Translations under genes and position numbers: made by a program
DNA from: Paraphysomonas bandaiensis
Lineage: Eukaryota > Protista > Chrysophyceae
NCBI GenBank assembly: GCA_965644295.1
Contig: CBFFRP010000200.1
Span: 124,001-188,000, forward strand
Length of the DNA stretch: 64,000 bases
Direction of reading: 5' to 3'
Notes under the pieces: model-generated
What the model was told of the DNA's origin: nothing
Databases searched by the model: none
Seen by the model: only the letters and a program-made list of their open reading frames with translations
Shown: one piece after another, positions 40,801-52,100 of the stretch
Position numbering within the stretch: the stretch's first letter is position 1
Layout: each line of letters opens with the position of its first letter

Positions 40801-42341
40801 CGAAGCGAGATACCATGGAGGTGACTCGTATACCGGACGGAGTCGTCCCACTGCACTCCAAGTACGTCTATGGAAAGAAGTACGATAAGGAGGGAGAGGT
40901 CCGCCGATATAAGGCTCGTCTTGTAGCAATCGGTTGTGGACAGCGGTCGAGTGGTTGGGCGAACCATTTCGCACCCGTTGTAAAGGGGGTAACAGTGCGA
41001 CTGGTAATCGCCATAGCTTTCGTGATGAACATGGTAATTCATCAGCTGGATGTGTCTAACGCATTTCTATATGCAGATATAGAGGGGGATGTATATATGA
41101 AGGCAACTCCGGACTTTCAGCTGCCTGAGGGGTACTGCTTTAAGTTGAAGAAGTCGTTATACGGGCTTCGGAGTTCCCCGCGGTCGTGGTGGAAAACATT
41201 GGATAAATTCATACGATCTATGCATTTTAAACCATGTGTATTAGACCCATGTTTGTATTATCAGTATAAGGGCGATGAATTGATATTATTAACGATATAT
41301 GTGGATGATATCCTAGTGTTAGGTCGTGATGTCAACATAGTGAAGGATATTAAAGCTCAACTGTGTGCCCGGTTTGATATGAAGGATATGGGCGAGATGG
41401 AACATTTTCTGAATGTTCGAGTCACAAGAACGCCAGAGTATATTCGTCTTGACCAATCAGTATATGCGGCTAAGATCTTAGAAAAGTTTGAAAAGTATCT
41501 TGGGCCACCGCGAAAGGTACGGAAGAGTCCTCTACCGGCGGAAGCAATGGATTTAGTGGCAAAAGGGGCGCGGCATGAGCATACCGAGGAGGAACAGCTT
41601 ATAGTAGATAACTTCCCATATCGGCCGCTGATAGGTGCATTACTATATCTATCGATGAACACGAGGCCGGATATTGCCTATGCAGTGGGAGTACTGTCTC
41701 GGTTCAGTAATAAGGTGAATATTGAAGTATGTAAGCTATTAACACACGTATGGCAATATATTCGTGGTTCTATTGACAAAGGGATTCAATATGGGAGTAG
41801 ACGGTTCGACTTCCATATGTTTACTGACGCGGATTGGGCGGGAGACCAGCTCTCCAGGAAGTCCACGTCGGGGTACGTTGGGTTTGCAGCGGGAGGGCCT
41901 ATAGTCTGGCAGTCCAAACTGCAGACGACAGTGGCAACGTCAAGCATGCAGTCTGAGTATCAGTGTATTTACTCGGGTCTCCAAGAAGTGCTATGGGTTC
42001 GGGGGGTGACGGGTGAGATTAAGTTGAGGCTCATCAAACCCACACCATTCTTCATCGACAGTCAGAGTGCCCAGGATTTGGCCGAAAACCCAGTGTTTCA
42101 CAAGAAGTCGAAGCACATTGAGATTAAGTATCACATGGTGAGAGAGCACGTGGATCCCAATCAGTTCAATACGATTAAGTTAGTGCATGTGCATACATCG
42201 CAACAAGCAGCAGATATTTATACAAAGTCATTGGTTGGTTTATCATATATGGAGCAGAGAAAGAGAAATCTTGGAGAGAAAGTTAAGAGTTCCACTGAAG
42301 TGATTAATGAGGGACCAAGGGATAAAAGAAGACGCAAGTAG
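37851..42341 (+). CDS. Copia Gag-Pol polyprotein (Gag-PR-IN-RT-RH)
   Basis: Two CCHC knuckles; protease LDSCAS; integrase HHCC and D,D,E (TADIS/HADGG/VSERK); RT YKARLVA, LDVSNAFL, YVDD; RNase H TDADW. Confidence 0.96.
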   Translation: MHLMKKNRNHLGLEDPPAGGRNLESWRERNDTCVSTIWEACEHDPDVLEVANQYLEGKAILPADDPAKEVLSSELLQTLVDRFRGEIGTVLEKTTAEYHSFKIRPGEKVSVGVDRLNGIIQKLIKLGQPQTEASKLAKIKAALQIEELHDLWMSVAMMPKATTTFDSVKEACEEYDEAMTQLKKLKGDKSEEINFTASKEPVVCSFCRKKGHVAANCYAKERQRKMDKFKRKGKTKEKASKSVQQPGSKDYTGCHICGDFSHKARQCKSKKRKNIKNPDNENPRKSNRKFETEWKKYVNDGESSDDEANMFGEEVLLSVDTSEEPRVYLDSCASKRLFIVKDKVALESFTPEFGAIQLTRKGSQLETQGTGTFGEWRDIRVSEEAVKNIVSGGMLRSMGHGLQLLRKPKIVELDSGNEVLTGEYDEHGGMPYVDLMEVLNLPNVSMCNQMEEVNLSDNTGQDALDRLHERTGHVSKSKLIEAHRHMLFRGSGLQRHHLSKAKEKSCKKPLCKWCAKAKITRHSFKSRDNEELSAVRFLEKVTADISVYLNCESRQGYKYVLLFTDLATKMIWEYGLRTRSGEEVFKCLRHLCEVHLVKYEGWNRIVEYHADGGSELISQQIREYLLQRYGTRVSHTTRDTPELNAVSERKFRTIGEMTLTMLTASGLPKSFWFDAYQTACYIVRRMPTRTWQGWMSPYECVPGGSVPSLSWLRKWGCKAYVLTPKADRRKDWEDKAMTGYFIGYPADRKGYKVLVGDTVVHSVHVLFDESVPERSQDYYRELEEAQVAIDPEARQPGEFEYLIGKHHEDGGLLYKTNRVVIRKGLIVGYRSLVTGNQVQVEDKTPIHIADIKKMTEDLAQRVVRARVTDNRDGGISGVVPQQSESGQVQPQADSALPSGEGTPAENHPHGKRARTPRTVTNVSVLGQIHHLSDESDVSDLLQEADSVWMSAEESTVPQTHRESLESAEHREWRRARRVEREGLAKRDTMEVTRIPDGVVPLHSKYVYGKKYDKEGEVRRYKARLVAIGCGQRSSGWANHFAPVVKGVTVRLVIAIAFVMNMVIHQLDVSNAFLYADIEGDVYMKATPDFQLPEGYCFKLKKSLYGLRSSPRSWWKTLDKFIRSMHFKPCVLDPCLYYQYKGDELILLTIYVDDILVLGRDVNIVKDIKAQLCARFDMKDMGEMEHFLNVRVTRTPEYIRLDQSVYAAKILEKFEKYLGPPRKVRKSPLPAEAMDLVAKGARHEHTEEEQLIVDNFPYRPLIGALLYLSMNTRPDIAYAVGVLSRFSNKVNIEVCKLLTHVWQYIRGSIDKGIQYGSRRFDFHMFTDADWAGDQLSRKSTSGYVGFAAGGPIVWQSKLQTTVATSSMQSEYQCIYSGLQEVLWVRGVTGEIKLRLIKPTPFFIDSQSAQDLAENPVFHKKSKHIEIKYHMVREHVDPNQFNTIKLVHVHTSQQAADIYTKSLVGLSYMEQRKRNLGEKVKSSTEVINEGPRDKRRRK

Positions 42342-42464
42342 GTACTGAGTTTTTTAGACAGAGGTTTAGACTTAGAGATGAGTCTATTTTACTGTCAAGA
42401 ATTTTTTATCTCAGGCATTCAATAGCTGGGAGGCGTCATAGTACAACACTCAATTGAGGGGGAG

Positions 42465-42756
42465 TGTTGAGATCTGAAGATTCTATATACTTGCAATTGA
42501 GTGCAGTATTATGTGAGATGCAAGGATCGAAAGATATATATGTAATTAGTACATTATATTGTGTAGTATGAAACTGAAGTAGAAGTGGATGACTATACAG
42601 GATACGATCACTGAGTGTGTGGTTTGTACACTATAGTAGTAAATGAATGGTGTTGAACACATCGAACACAACTTAGGTTCTTTATCATGTAATGTTTATA
42701 ATTTCATCTTATCATTTGAGAATAGTAACCTTAGCAAATAATGTCAACTTCTGTTA
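42465..42756 (+). repeat. 3' LTR (TG...TA)
   Basis: Direct repeat of 37467-37758, preceded by the PPT. Confidence 0.93.
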
Positions 42757-43195
42757 TGGTACACGGGTGGGTGGGCAGCAGAATCAGTGCTATATCTCGG
42801 TGTTTTAGGTGGGGCACCAGCCAGCCTACACTATGGCCACGCCCTCGGAATGGGGCAGGTACTAATATTAATGCAAGGGGTTGTGGTGGTATACCACTAA
42901 TACCGGTTTAAGCGGTGGTAGATATGTCGTTATACCCTTTATGCGGTGGAATACTGTGGTGGTGTCTCTACGTGTCTTTCTAATGTGGTGATATACACCT
43001 AAACGGTATACCGGCTTAGGTATGCCCCTAAAGGGCTAAGTTGGCTAGTATCAATGGTTAAATTAAGCACTATCGCCCGCAGCTATGGTTTCGCTAAGTC
43101 TACATCAGTTGCGTTCTCTTTACATCAATAGTGCCACTCGAAGACAAACTGTAATATGCAAGACAATTTCCCAACTCAGTCCCATTCAGAGAACG

Positions 43196-43797
43196 CTAAA
43201 TATGCAATGCCCCCAGGTGCGTTGCCAGTCGCTCTCTTTTTACATCAATAATGCCACTCGAAGACAAATTGTAATATGCAAGACAGTTTCCCAACTCACT
43301 CCCATTCAGAGAACGCAAAGCTGACATTGTTTGTGGAAATTCATCTGGAAGTTGTGCAGGAGGTAGTGCTGGGTCTCTCGGTACAGGCATAATCGGATGC
43401 CCTGGAAGTGAACTAGAACGGTTGTTAACTCTGGCCAAATCTTGGCGAATTTCTCGTAGTTCTGTGTGAATGGGTTGCAAGGCTTGTTCCAAGGCTTGTG
43501 CCATTGCAGGAGCAAACCAAGCCGGAGCAGCATTCGGCGCAGTTCGCTTCATAAGTCTCTGTGTAACAAATTAATAACATGTACTCACACAATACAATTT
43601 TAAAGCCATACCTTCAAACTCTCTTCTTCAGCATCAACGATTTCTTCTACTGGAATATTCACTCCGCATTCTATTTTCTGCTTCTCGAGAAGACGGACAT
43701 ATTCCACTTGTTCAAAAGCTTCATTTTGTGTTGGAATCTCCCCAGCACAGGGGTGAGGAGGAGATATTGTGGCAACTTGTCGATTCAATAGTGGCAT
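43196..43797 (-). CDS. 182-aa Mug135-like C-terminal domain protein; exons 43797-43612 and 43558-43196
   Basis: A phase-0 53-nt GT-AG intron joins ORFs 43600-43815 and 43196-43552. PAWFAPAM, a short coiled coil, then N...P.P...FPQT...L..L.......L.YY.L...G....R..L..HLG. Confidence 0.65.
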
Positions 43798-44210
43798 CCA
43801 AACTTCCAACACCAAAACGAAACGATTGTGGTTAAATTATAGATTTAGACGGATGAGGCCTGATTAGAACTAGCTACTGTATGATAGCGAGATTTTGTGT
43901 TGAGGAGTATCAACGCCATGTCGTTGTGGTCTTGGTATATTATTCATTGGCTATGATGATTTATTCTGCTATGTACAATAATATCAACGGCTACTTCTAA
44001 TCACCTTCCCTACAGACTGTATTCCTAAGTACATAGTATACGTATATTATACAGTACTCTCTGTACAACACCATATACCATGTATAATACAGGACATATA
44101 CATGTCTATACTGCTGTATGTATGACTGTAGGAAGGAGTCCAAATACCCCTCTATCTACTTCTGTCTACTCTGTAGAGGTGCGCACATAGCACGCCACTT
44201 GACCACCAGA

Positions 44211-44700
44211 ATGGATGAGTTCAGTAGAACTTCTAGCAAAAAGAGCTTGGGTAGAGCCGCAGATCGTTGCCAAGAGTGTGACCAACTGACGGACCCGCGT
44301 AGACTCACTGCTGGAGGTCTGTGTTACTTCTGCTCATTATCGCAACTCTTTGATTGCAACTACAAAAAGTGCATATATGCACAGGATATATATGGCAGAG
44401 GAAAGTCCTTTATAGTTAGGACCCCAACGCAAGGAAATAGCGGAGGAGAAAGAGAGTATATTAGCTCCATCTCCAGGCTTATATCGGATTGTGAATACTT
44501 TATTCACACTACAGCCTCAATACGACAAGATGATTGTAATTTGTTCCTTCCAACGGTACAAACAGATTACTATACCACGAATCATGGTGGATATAACAGC
44601 ATAATGAAATAGCTTCTAGAATTTAAAGAATTCAAGGATGAAGATCTATTTTCGGAATTGGAATACCGATGCACATGTTCAAATCAGTGGATTATGAAGT
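44211..44700 (+). pseudogene. Possible decayed Cys-rich (CxxC...CxxC) gene divergent from the Mug135-like gene
   Basis: MDEF...RCQECDQ...LCYFC; no recognisable family and the reading frame degrades downstream. Confidence 0.25.
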
Positions 44701-45709
44701 AGTATCCTAAAAGAATTAAGAATGTACGGCTATTACGTCATGTATATACTTTATGATGCTGAAGTTGACGAGCACGGGGCTGGATTAATGCAACTAAAAT
44801 GACACGGAATATTTAGGTCGCAGTGAAATTCGTTCCGCATACGAGTATGCGACTGCTGGAGGGGGTAGTGTAATTAACAGCTATCTGGCTATTTTATCCT
44901 ATTACCCCTCTATTGTATATGCTTAGGCTTGTATATATTATATGTTAGAAATAGGTACATTATTATTATTATTATTGCAATCCATATGAAGTTTTATTGA
45001 TACTATGACAAGGGTTATTTATGCTTATTATTGATATATATGTATCTATTCAACAGAGAAAAGACAAACAAGAGACATAGTGATTTTTAGTGAAGCATCA
45101 TGATGAAGATATCTATATGATATTATGAGATTAAGGCTGGAGAAGTTTACTGGAGAATTCCGGGTTTGATATCCACGCTGATAGAAGTGTATTGCCAGAT
45201 TACCCAGTAATACAGTTGTACTTTACGTATTTCATAGTGTACTTGTTGTTTATTGAACTGTATATACTATGCCTCAACTACAATGAGAACACTGAATCTA
45301 TCTTCCCTTATACATTGACGATGAATCAGAAATGATCAGTCTGATATGTTGGTAATGTATATGGAAGAAGATCATTCCTTATGGCCTTTCCGGTGGCCTG
45401 GGAATCGTATGTATAAATTGAATATTGATAATAAGATGCAATTTCTGTACTCTAGAAGTTGCTTGTAGATAGTATTGTAGTTGTAGACATATTCATTGTT
45501 ATTTATCTATTAGTACTATGGAGGGAGAACCTAATATGGAGGTTCAGAGGTTCATGGCTCTAATTTGTTTCATTTATCTCTGAGAAGGATCAGAGCAATG
45601 ATTATTGAAGAACAACAGTCGATATCGAGTGCTGATGAGCAGCGCGTCAGAGATATTGGACTCGTTATTGGATTAGATGATGCTGACACCAATAGGCGGG
45701 TGTTACATA

Positions 45710-45751
45710 TACCAGCCAGCCTACACTATGGCCACGTGCTCGGAATGGGGC
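45710..45751. repeat. Solo right end of the MITE family
   Basis: ACCAGCCAGCCTACACTATGGCCACGTGCTCGGAATGGGGC matches ~42816-42856 and ~46436-46476. Confidence 0.8.
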
Positions 45752-45959
45752 AAAACCGTACGGACCAGAGCTTAATTACGTAATCCATAAGAATTGCACT
45801 TATTTGTGAATTGACAAAATGATTTAATATTTTGAACAGAAAATTAAACAAGTCACAGGATCACAACAGGGTCATTTTGAGAACGACAAAAAGAAGACTC
45901 TTTAATCGAATTAATCATAAGAAACATAGATATTGAGACATTGTATATTTAGGGGTACT

Positions 45960-46476
45960 GCCCCATTCCGAGTGCGTACCCTAGTGAAGTGTTAGTGTTG
46001 ACTAAGCTAAGTAACGTATTGCTTATTAATAAAAACCTCAGCGTATTCTTTGTGTGTCGGCACCAAGAAAACTCTAGCTAGATCTACACTATACTTGCAT
46101 AGCCTATATGAGATTACGAGAAGCCCCGCGCATTCTAGGGAGGGGGGGGGGGCAATGTCACACTAGACCTATACTGAGTCATGCATGGTCACGAGAATCC
46201 CCGCGTAATCTTTGTTAGGTAATAATGGGAAGGTACAGATGGTCCTACTAGAATCTGCGCGAGATACATATATAAAAGTCATGCATAGTTATGAGAAATC
46301 CCGCGTAATCTCAGCAGAGGTTAACACAGGTGGGGAGACAACTGAATCTGCGCGTGATCTATGTGGTCAGCTACTTTGGTACACGGGTGGGTGGGTAGTA
46401 GAATGAGTGCTATATCTCGGTGTTTTAGGTGGGGCACCAACCAGCCTACATTATGGCCACGCCCTCGGAATGGGGC
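45960..46476. mobile_element. Intact 517-bp MITE (empty-site copy)
   Basis: TIRs GCCCCATTCCGAG(T/G)GCGT; ACT on both flanks (45957-45959, 46477-46479); internal repeats GAATCCCCGCG/GAATCTGCGCG. Confidence 0.87.
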
Positions 46477-46699
46477 ACTCATCATGCCCGTCATGGTAGT
46501 TACTTGAAACGTACAGATTGAACACACAAGATGACGACAAAAAAATTATCCTCCTTTGCTTATTATGTAGTATGTAATTCTATGTTAATAGAAAGCATGA
46601 AGTATATAGAGTAGAAAACATATTTCGCCAACTAAACACACAAAAAAGCCTTTTCAACTCTATTGAGTTTATTACTATTAACACTTAAATATACAATAG

Positions 46700-48607
46700 T
46701 AAGTGCACTACTTATGAGCCCGAAAATTTCGAAGTACTTCGAGATTTTCATCATACATATGAACGTCACTATTTCCACACAAAGCAAACCTAATATATTT
46801 CCTAGAATCTTCGTCCAAAAATTCTGGACGATCTGGTCTGTTATGAATTGGAAGTTCCATCAACTTTTTTAACCTTTCCTCCTTCGTATCTGAACGTTGA
46901 ACAACTTCTTCTTTCTTTTTCTTTTCGTCACTTTTTTTTGTCTTGCCTTTCGATTTACCCTCTTTTGCTTTCGACTTTTTCTTCTTCTTGGTTTCTTCAG
47001 TTTTCTTTTTCTCGGCATTCGGTTCATTCTCCTTTTCAACCGCGTTACGTGATTGGTCTAATTTTGTATCAGGCAGCTTTTTTTCAGTGGGTTTTGCATC
47101 AGTGGTATCTGTAGTTTTAGCTTCTTCAGATTTACTCTATATGGGATGTTTCAAACGACGCAATTATCAAAGAGAAAGCTGACCTTTTTGGTAACAGGTT
47201 TCATTGAATGTAGCCATTTGTCTTCATCTGTAACTTTCTCTTCCCCCCCGGCCTTCTTTAGTCGACTTTTACCAGCGCCCATTGCATCTAGCAACTTTTC
47301 TTCCTCCTCTGGGTTTATCTATAACAGCATTACGGCATGAAATGAACTTCAAATAGTGCCCACCGTAGTTGCTTGTGAAACTGGAAGTGCAGTTCGTAGA
47401 GTTCCAATCCATTTCTCAGGATCTAAGAGAAGGAGAAAATTCCTTAAGTCTCCATTTTGCGACTGATGAGGAAGATGGTGATGTGCTAATATTCGTAAGT
47501 AGTTGCAATATTAACAAACCTGCATACTGTATGCTCTTTCTGCGTACTTGAGAGCCCTATCTCTATCACCAAGTATATAAGACAATTCCGCATTAGAATG
47601 CAGAAGCGACGGCTTATTTGGTGCCTTTAAACTAGCCTGTATATACCAAGAATTAAACACGGAAATAGACACAGCTTAGCACCGCACCTGATGGAATAGT
47701 TCGGCTGCCAAGGTTAATTCGCACCGATCCAGAGTTTGCAATGAGAGAACCTCCCATATTTCTACCGATTCACTAATGGGTTTCTGCTTCAACTGTCTAT
47801 CCACTTTGTTAAATGTCGCCTCAGGGTTCGGACCTTTGCTGATATCTTCTAGATATGCTTCCTTCAAATCCTCGTACGTCTGTGCAAGGACAACAGCATA
47901 CTTGCTCCCGCTTTGTTCGAAGGTCAGCGCTAAAAGGGAAAGAATGTGTGTACGCGTGAGTCCTTCGCTCTGTGGAGGATCATCCTTGACAAACTCTAAG
48001 TACTCTAACGCTTGTCCATTCTGGCCCAATCGTTTCAATATAGCTGTTTCATTGCTGACATTAGCGTAATATCACAAAAGAGCTGCAAATTCGAACCTGC
48101 AGCTTTAAATATAATATAAGCTAATTCTACCCCATCATCAGCTTCAGCAGTAATCATATCTGACAGTATTGTCAAACTCGCAGAAAGGCACCCCAAGCAC
48201 TCCTTAACGTATGCAAGTTTCAACATGACTCTATATTTCAGCTCTTGTGGGACACCCTCCACTTGTACTTCATCATATAAAACACCGAGTAAATTATCTG
48301 CTTCAGTCATATACGCTTTATGCTCAGGAGTCAGATTCAAACGAATAGAATCTTTCTTAGAAAACTTTTCACTCTTCCAGAATGTGACAAGAGCAGAAGC
48401 ATACTCGAATCTAGCCTCTCGTGACATTTCATGTGTACTCATGAACTCTCGAGCCGAGAGTATGCATTGTACCGCTCGCGGCTTCGCATTAGTTTTCACA
48501 CACAATTCAATTAACCTTCCATACTTGTCGAAAGTATCGGGGTTGCCAACCAAATCTACCTCTAGTGTTCCCAGTTCAGCAGCGACAGACTTGGAGATAT
48601 TCGCCAT
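46700..48607 (-). CDS. Multi-exon alpha-helical (TPR-like) protein with Lys/Glu-rich C-terminal region; 3' end uncertain
   Basis: ORFs 48035-48607 and 47676-48038 are linked by short introns; helical A/L/Y patterns; K-rich exon at ~46800-47135. Confidence 0.6.
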
Positions 48608-48848
48608 AACTCACTTGCAGTTATACAAATAATGAAACGACACAATCTGCAGAATATCAGAATAAATAAGCAGAATTAGGTTGGCTGCTACTGAGGCATC
48701 TGACTAGCGACGAGATGTATACCACTTACAAATAAACAAGAAACTAAATGAACTCAACTGCAGTACAGCCAGCTGTAACTGATACTGTAATACGACACAA
48801 TTGTACTGATACAGCTGTACCTCCTCAGAGTCTATCTACGTACACCAG

Positions 48849-48972
48849 TACATACATACATACATACATACATACATACATACATACATACATACATACA
48901 TACATACATACATACATACATACATACATACATACATACATACATACATACATACATACATACATACATACA
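48849..48972. repeat. (TACA)n microsatellite, ~31 units
   Basis: Perfect tetranucleotide run between two divergent genes. Confidence 0.97.
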
Positions 48973-49105
48973 TTCATTGCATGAGGTGCTATATGGTCAT
49001 AGTGTAGTGTATCAAGATAATATTAATGTCATTGTCGAGTGTATAGGTATCTGTTATTATAACTGGTGTCCGTTAGAAGTAGCGGACGTATCATTTATAT
49101 AGAAT

Positions 49106-52100
49106 ATGACAGAGAGGAGCTTCGACAAGCATGCTTCTCTGATAGATAATCCTGGTCGAGCTCACCTGCAGAGCGTATTGAAGACCAACCCTAATCCTGG
49201 TAAAGCGATATTGGAGCTACAGGACACTTTTGGTCTGAAGTATTCTAGCACTATCGCGCTCCCTCTGCTGGATTTGCTTGAGGTCTCTCGCGCGTCTGTC
49301 TATCAGACACTCTTCGACACATCCAAAACCAAACTAGAAGGTAACTGATAGGCTAGCTGGGCGATACTAGTTTACATTTTTATGCAGAGCTTTTACAGAA
49401 ACTTCCTCAACAAAAGCTGATTGCATTACTATCTGTAACGTTTCGATATATCACTGTGAGAGACCTCAAGTCTATTCCTGTTGCAATAATAAAAAGACTG
49501 AATGATGTTCCGGAGAAATTTCTCAAGGCGCTTGCCAATAAAAGGCTTCATCATGTGTTGGAGGTATGATACGCTGAAACAAATTTTTCTGCATGTACGC
49601 TAAGTTTTTACAGGAAATACCAATGCACGTGAGACGACAAGTATGGCATGTAGACCCGTCCTATTTCGAGACAGTTGTTTCGGATTTAAGTCAAACTTGG
49701 TTAGATGAGAATTCAAAGAATGGAAATACGAGGTAGTTTAAAGCCCTATGTGTTGTGGATTTGTTAACTGTATCTGATAGGCCGAGTCCTCCAACTGAAG
49801 AGTTCCGAGATTTCATTGGAGACTCTGTCTTCCTTTTTGGAAAGTTCGCTAAGATGTGTTGCAAGAATGTGATATTAGAGAAGAGTATGGCATGGTCAGT
49901 GCTGTTACGACGAACCATTGTAAGCATTAGGAAGGAAAAGGTTGTTAATTGTTTATATGACGTCGTGTGGATTAATTGCCATGGCTTGCAGCTCCCGGCC
50001 CTAGGGAAGTTACGGGACTTGTCGCTGCAAGTGGATCACTGCATTCGAGAAAGGACAATAGATGCTGCGGCAGTGGCTAGTATAATCGCATACCTCAGTG
50101 ATATTAAGCGTGCAGCAGATATATCGGGTGCGCGCATTGAGTTACGAACCGGTGGTTCTACCCCTTCTTCAGCTCCTTCGCTGTCCGAGAAACTCAAAAC
50201 CGCCTGGAAAACTCTCCACGACGCGAAATGCTTTTCAATATTCCGTCAACCGGTGAGTAATGGCCTCGTCCTTTTCATTTCTAAAAGGTTAAGCAGGCAA
50301 TTCAAGCGTGCCCGGATCAACGCACCAAAGATCGATATGCTGCCTTGGTACCACGGCCAATGGACCTTTCGGAGATGCAACGAAAACTTGACAGCTATTC
50401 ATCACTCGACGAATTCGATGCAGATATCGAGCTCATACTAGACAACTGCAGACGCTTTAATGGTCCTGGATACTATACAAATGTAATCTTCGTTTCTGTG
50501 GTTTCTGTGTCAGTACTGACTAATGGGATTCTAGATGGCAGACAAGTGCTCGGCTCTTTGGTCAAAGAAGAAAGCGATGATATTCAATACTACTGTTCCA
50601 GTTCCTCCACCAAAGAAAAGCCGTCAGCAATCTCCTAATATCAAACCCACTCCTTCTGCTGATCATACTTCTCTGTCGGTTCGAAGCAGGGGTGATATGG
50701 AAAATAGTAGCACACACCAAGAACTGGACGAGTTACAGATTACTAAACGCCCCCGCATAGTTAGAGAAGAGAAAAAAGATCAGCCTCAGCTCAACCTGCA
50801 GACCGTACTCACATCTGCCTGGGATTATATATCTTCTCTTGATAAAGACGGAATCTTCGCCCAACCGGTAACAAATGTGATAAGCACGTAGGGTATAGAT
50901 GACCGGGCATTGTGTAGGTGGCTGAATTGCTCCCAACTGCAGATGCGAAGAGGTACCTCAGTGTAATAAAAAAGCCAATGGACTTATCAACAATGAAGTC
51001 GAAATTAGAACGCTATAAGACTGTTGACGAATTCGAGGCCGATCTTGAGCTTATGGTGGAGAACTGTAAAACCTTTTATGGCGAAGCTGATGAGTACTAC
51101 CAGGTTCTCATACATTTGACTTGATTCGACGTTATGTAACCCATACATGTAGTTGGGGCGACGTTTCATTAGCTCATGGAAGGAGAAAAAGGAGTCCTTG
51201 CTGCATGGAGCTAATATGAGCAACAAAAGCCAGTCTGCGCCATCTGTTCGTGCTGCTCCTTCTCGTGAACGACCCGTGCTTACACCTATAACGGACACAC
51301 AGCAGCGGGAGGTGGCAGTTGCTCTTGACAACAAGGAGGCCGCGCTAGAGCGAGCGTGGGACTACATTTCGTCATTGGACCACGATGGCATATTTGCGAA
51401 GCCTGTATGTGTGCATGCTATCATATTATATTTAGTTTAATGTTCTGCAGGTTACTGATATGGATGCCCCAGGCTACTCTGCGACTGTGAGAAAACCTAT
51501 GGATATGAGTACTATCCAATCGAAATTGTTCAAGTATAGGTCTATTCCTAACTTTGAAGCGGATCTCAGGTTGATGCTGGAGAACTGTTTGGAGTACAAT
51601 GATCCTCGTGGGGATTACGAGCTCTCCGACGTAAGAATAGGATATATGTTGTTTTAATATCTGACCTTGCCCTATAGTTCGCGGTTCAAATTTGGGAGGA
51701 CTGGTTAGTGAACAGAGCAGACGTATTACTAGGCCGTGAGGTGAAAGCAGTATTAAAAGTTAATCGACCCAAGAAATCTCGTAACAGCAATGGTGGTGGT
51801 AATGAGCGAGTGAAGCCAACAAAGCGACAGACCGTTATTAAAGATGATGATTGGTCGGATGGTGACGACGACGATGATAACTTCGATGAGGACGAAACTG
51901 ATGACTACACGTCCAAGAAACCACGGAGTGGAGGAAACTCCAAAAACACCCGGAAGAATAAAACAGGTGTGTCACGCAGTGTAAAGCAGAAGTCAGCTGT
52001 TGTCGCCCCTATTATCCCAGCTGTGCCTCTACATGTACAGGCCAACTTGAAATCACGCGCATCAGTTACTACTGATGCGTCCACAGTCTCTTCACATCAA

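Larger units (their letters stand above)
37467..42756 (+). mobile_element. Full-length Ty1/copia LTR retrotransposon
   Basis: LTRs 37467-37758 and 42465-42756 (292 bp, no difference seen); TSD TGGTA at 37462-37466 and 42757-42761; PBS 37759-37776; PPT GAGGGGGAG at 42456-42464. Confidence 0.96.
37038..42856. mobile_element. ~0.52-kb MITE, interrupted by the copia element
   Basis: 37038-37466 plus 42762-42856 are nearly identical to 45960-46476. The left TIR is decayed (GCCCTATTTTGAG); the right TIR is CTCGGAATGGGGC. Confidence 0.85.

Noticed and set aside
37833-43198. Stop-codon reassignment suggested by the in-frame TAA (copia) and TAG (Mug135-like)
   Set aside because: Conserved host genes terminate at TAA (CDC48, UMPS) and TAG (Rab, Exo70, MGMT) at their expected C-termini.
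48748-48984. ORF with (HTYI)n repeats
   Set aside because: Translation of the (TACA)n microsatellite.
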